Source: a virus (lineage: Duplodnaviria; Caudoviricetes). From it: a stretch of DNA of 64,000 nt. The stretch covers positions 32,001-96,000 of the IMG/VR virus record IMGVR_UViG_3300020577_002562; one strand, given 5' to 3'. This document shows positions 63,999 through 64,000 of the stretch, one piece after another. The notes beneath the pieces are model-generated. The model was not told the origin of the DNA. It ran no database searches and saw only the letters and a program-made list of their open reading frames with translations. The translations under genes and the position numbers were made by a program. Position 1 is the stretch's first letter. The number at the start of each line of letters is the position of its first letter.

Positions 63999-64000
63999 TA

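Noticed and set aside
1-64000. Stop-codon reassignment (CTAG/TAG are frequent)
   Set aside because: Conserved genes are full length in the standard code, and TAG, TGA and TAA all end genes at sensible places
59859-64000. Diversity-generating retroelement or invertible fibre cassette
   Set aside because: No reverse transcriptase, invertase, or template/variable repeat pair visible in this window

Overview
64 kb of a large (jumbo-type) contractile-tailed dsDNA phage genome, read with the standard genetic code. I found no tRNA, rRNA, CRISPR array, integrase or transposase. Layout: (1) 1-8.6 kb (+), recombination/replication genes: acidic/basic low-complexity tail of a truncated ORF, RecA/UvsX, Mre11/SbcD, DnaX-like clamp loader, Rad50/SbcC, SAM-methyltransferase-like protein. 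(2) 8.7-14.2 kb (+), a PKD/LamG virion protein and an expanded lysis cassette (spanin pair, N-acetylmuramidase, four holin-like membrane proteins). (3) 14.3-24.5 kb (+), a cluster of unrelated enzymes: type IB topoisomerase, Cys-His-Asp papain-fold protein, ParB/Srx-like protein, Acb1-like 2H phosphoesterase, NAD+ ligase and an R-S-E ADP-ribosyltransferase. Most start with the same short M-[KR]-[RQK]-L...A leader. (4) 24.7-41.9 kb (-), an early/accessory island behind two near-consensus sigma70 promoters: DHH phosphoesterase, thymidylate kinase, hexapeptide-repeat protein, SLOG plus macro-like pair, EF-Ts-like domain protein and many small orphans. (5) 42.2-62.7 kb (+), head, sheath, tube, chaperone with a likely +1 frameshift, tape measure, baseplate and fibre. 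(6) 62.8-64 kb (-), the ends of another unit. Best candidate for a new system: the leader-tagged enzyme cluster. I infer it is a capsid-targeted, co-ejected cargo set combining DNA repair/topology enzymes with anti-defence enzymes. All family assignments come from motif recognition by eye, not from database searches.
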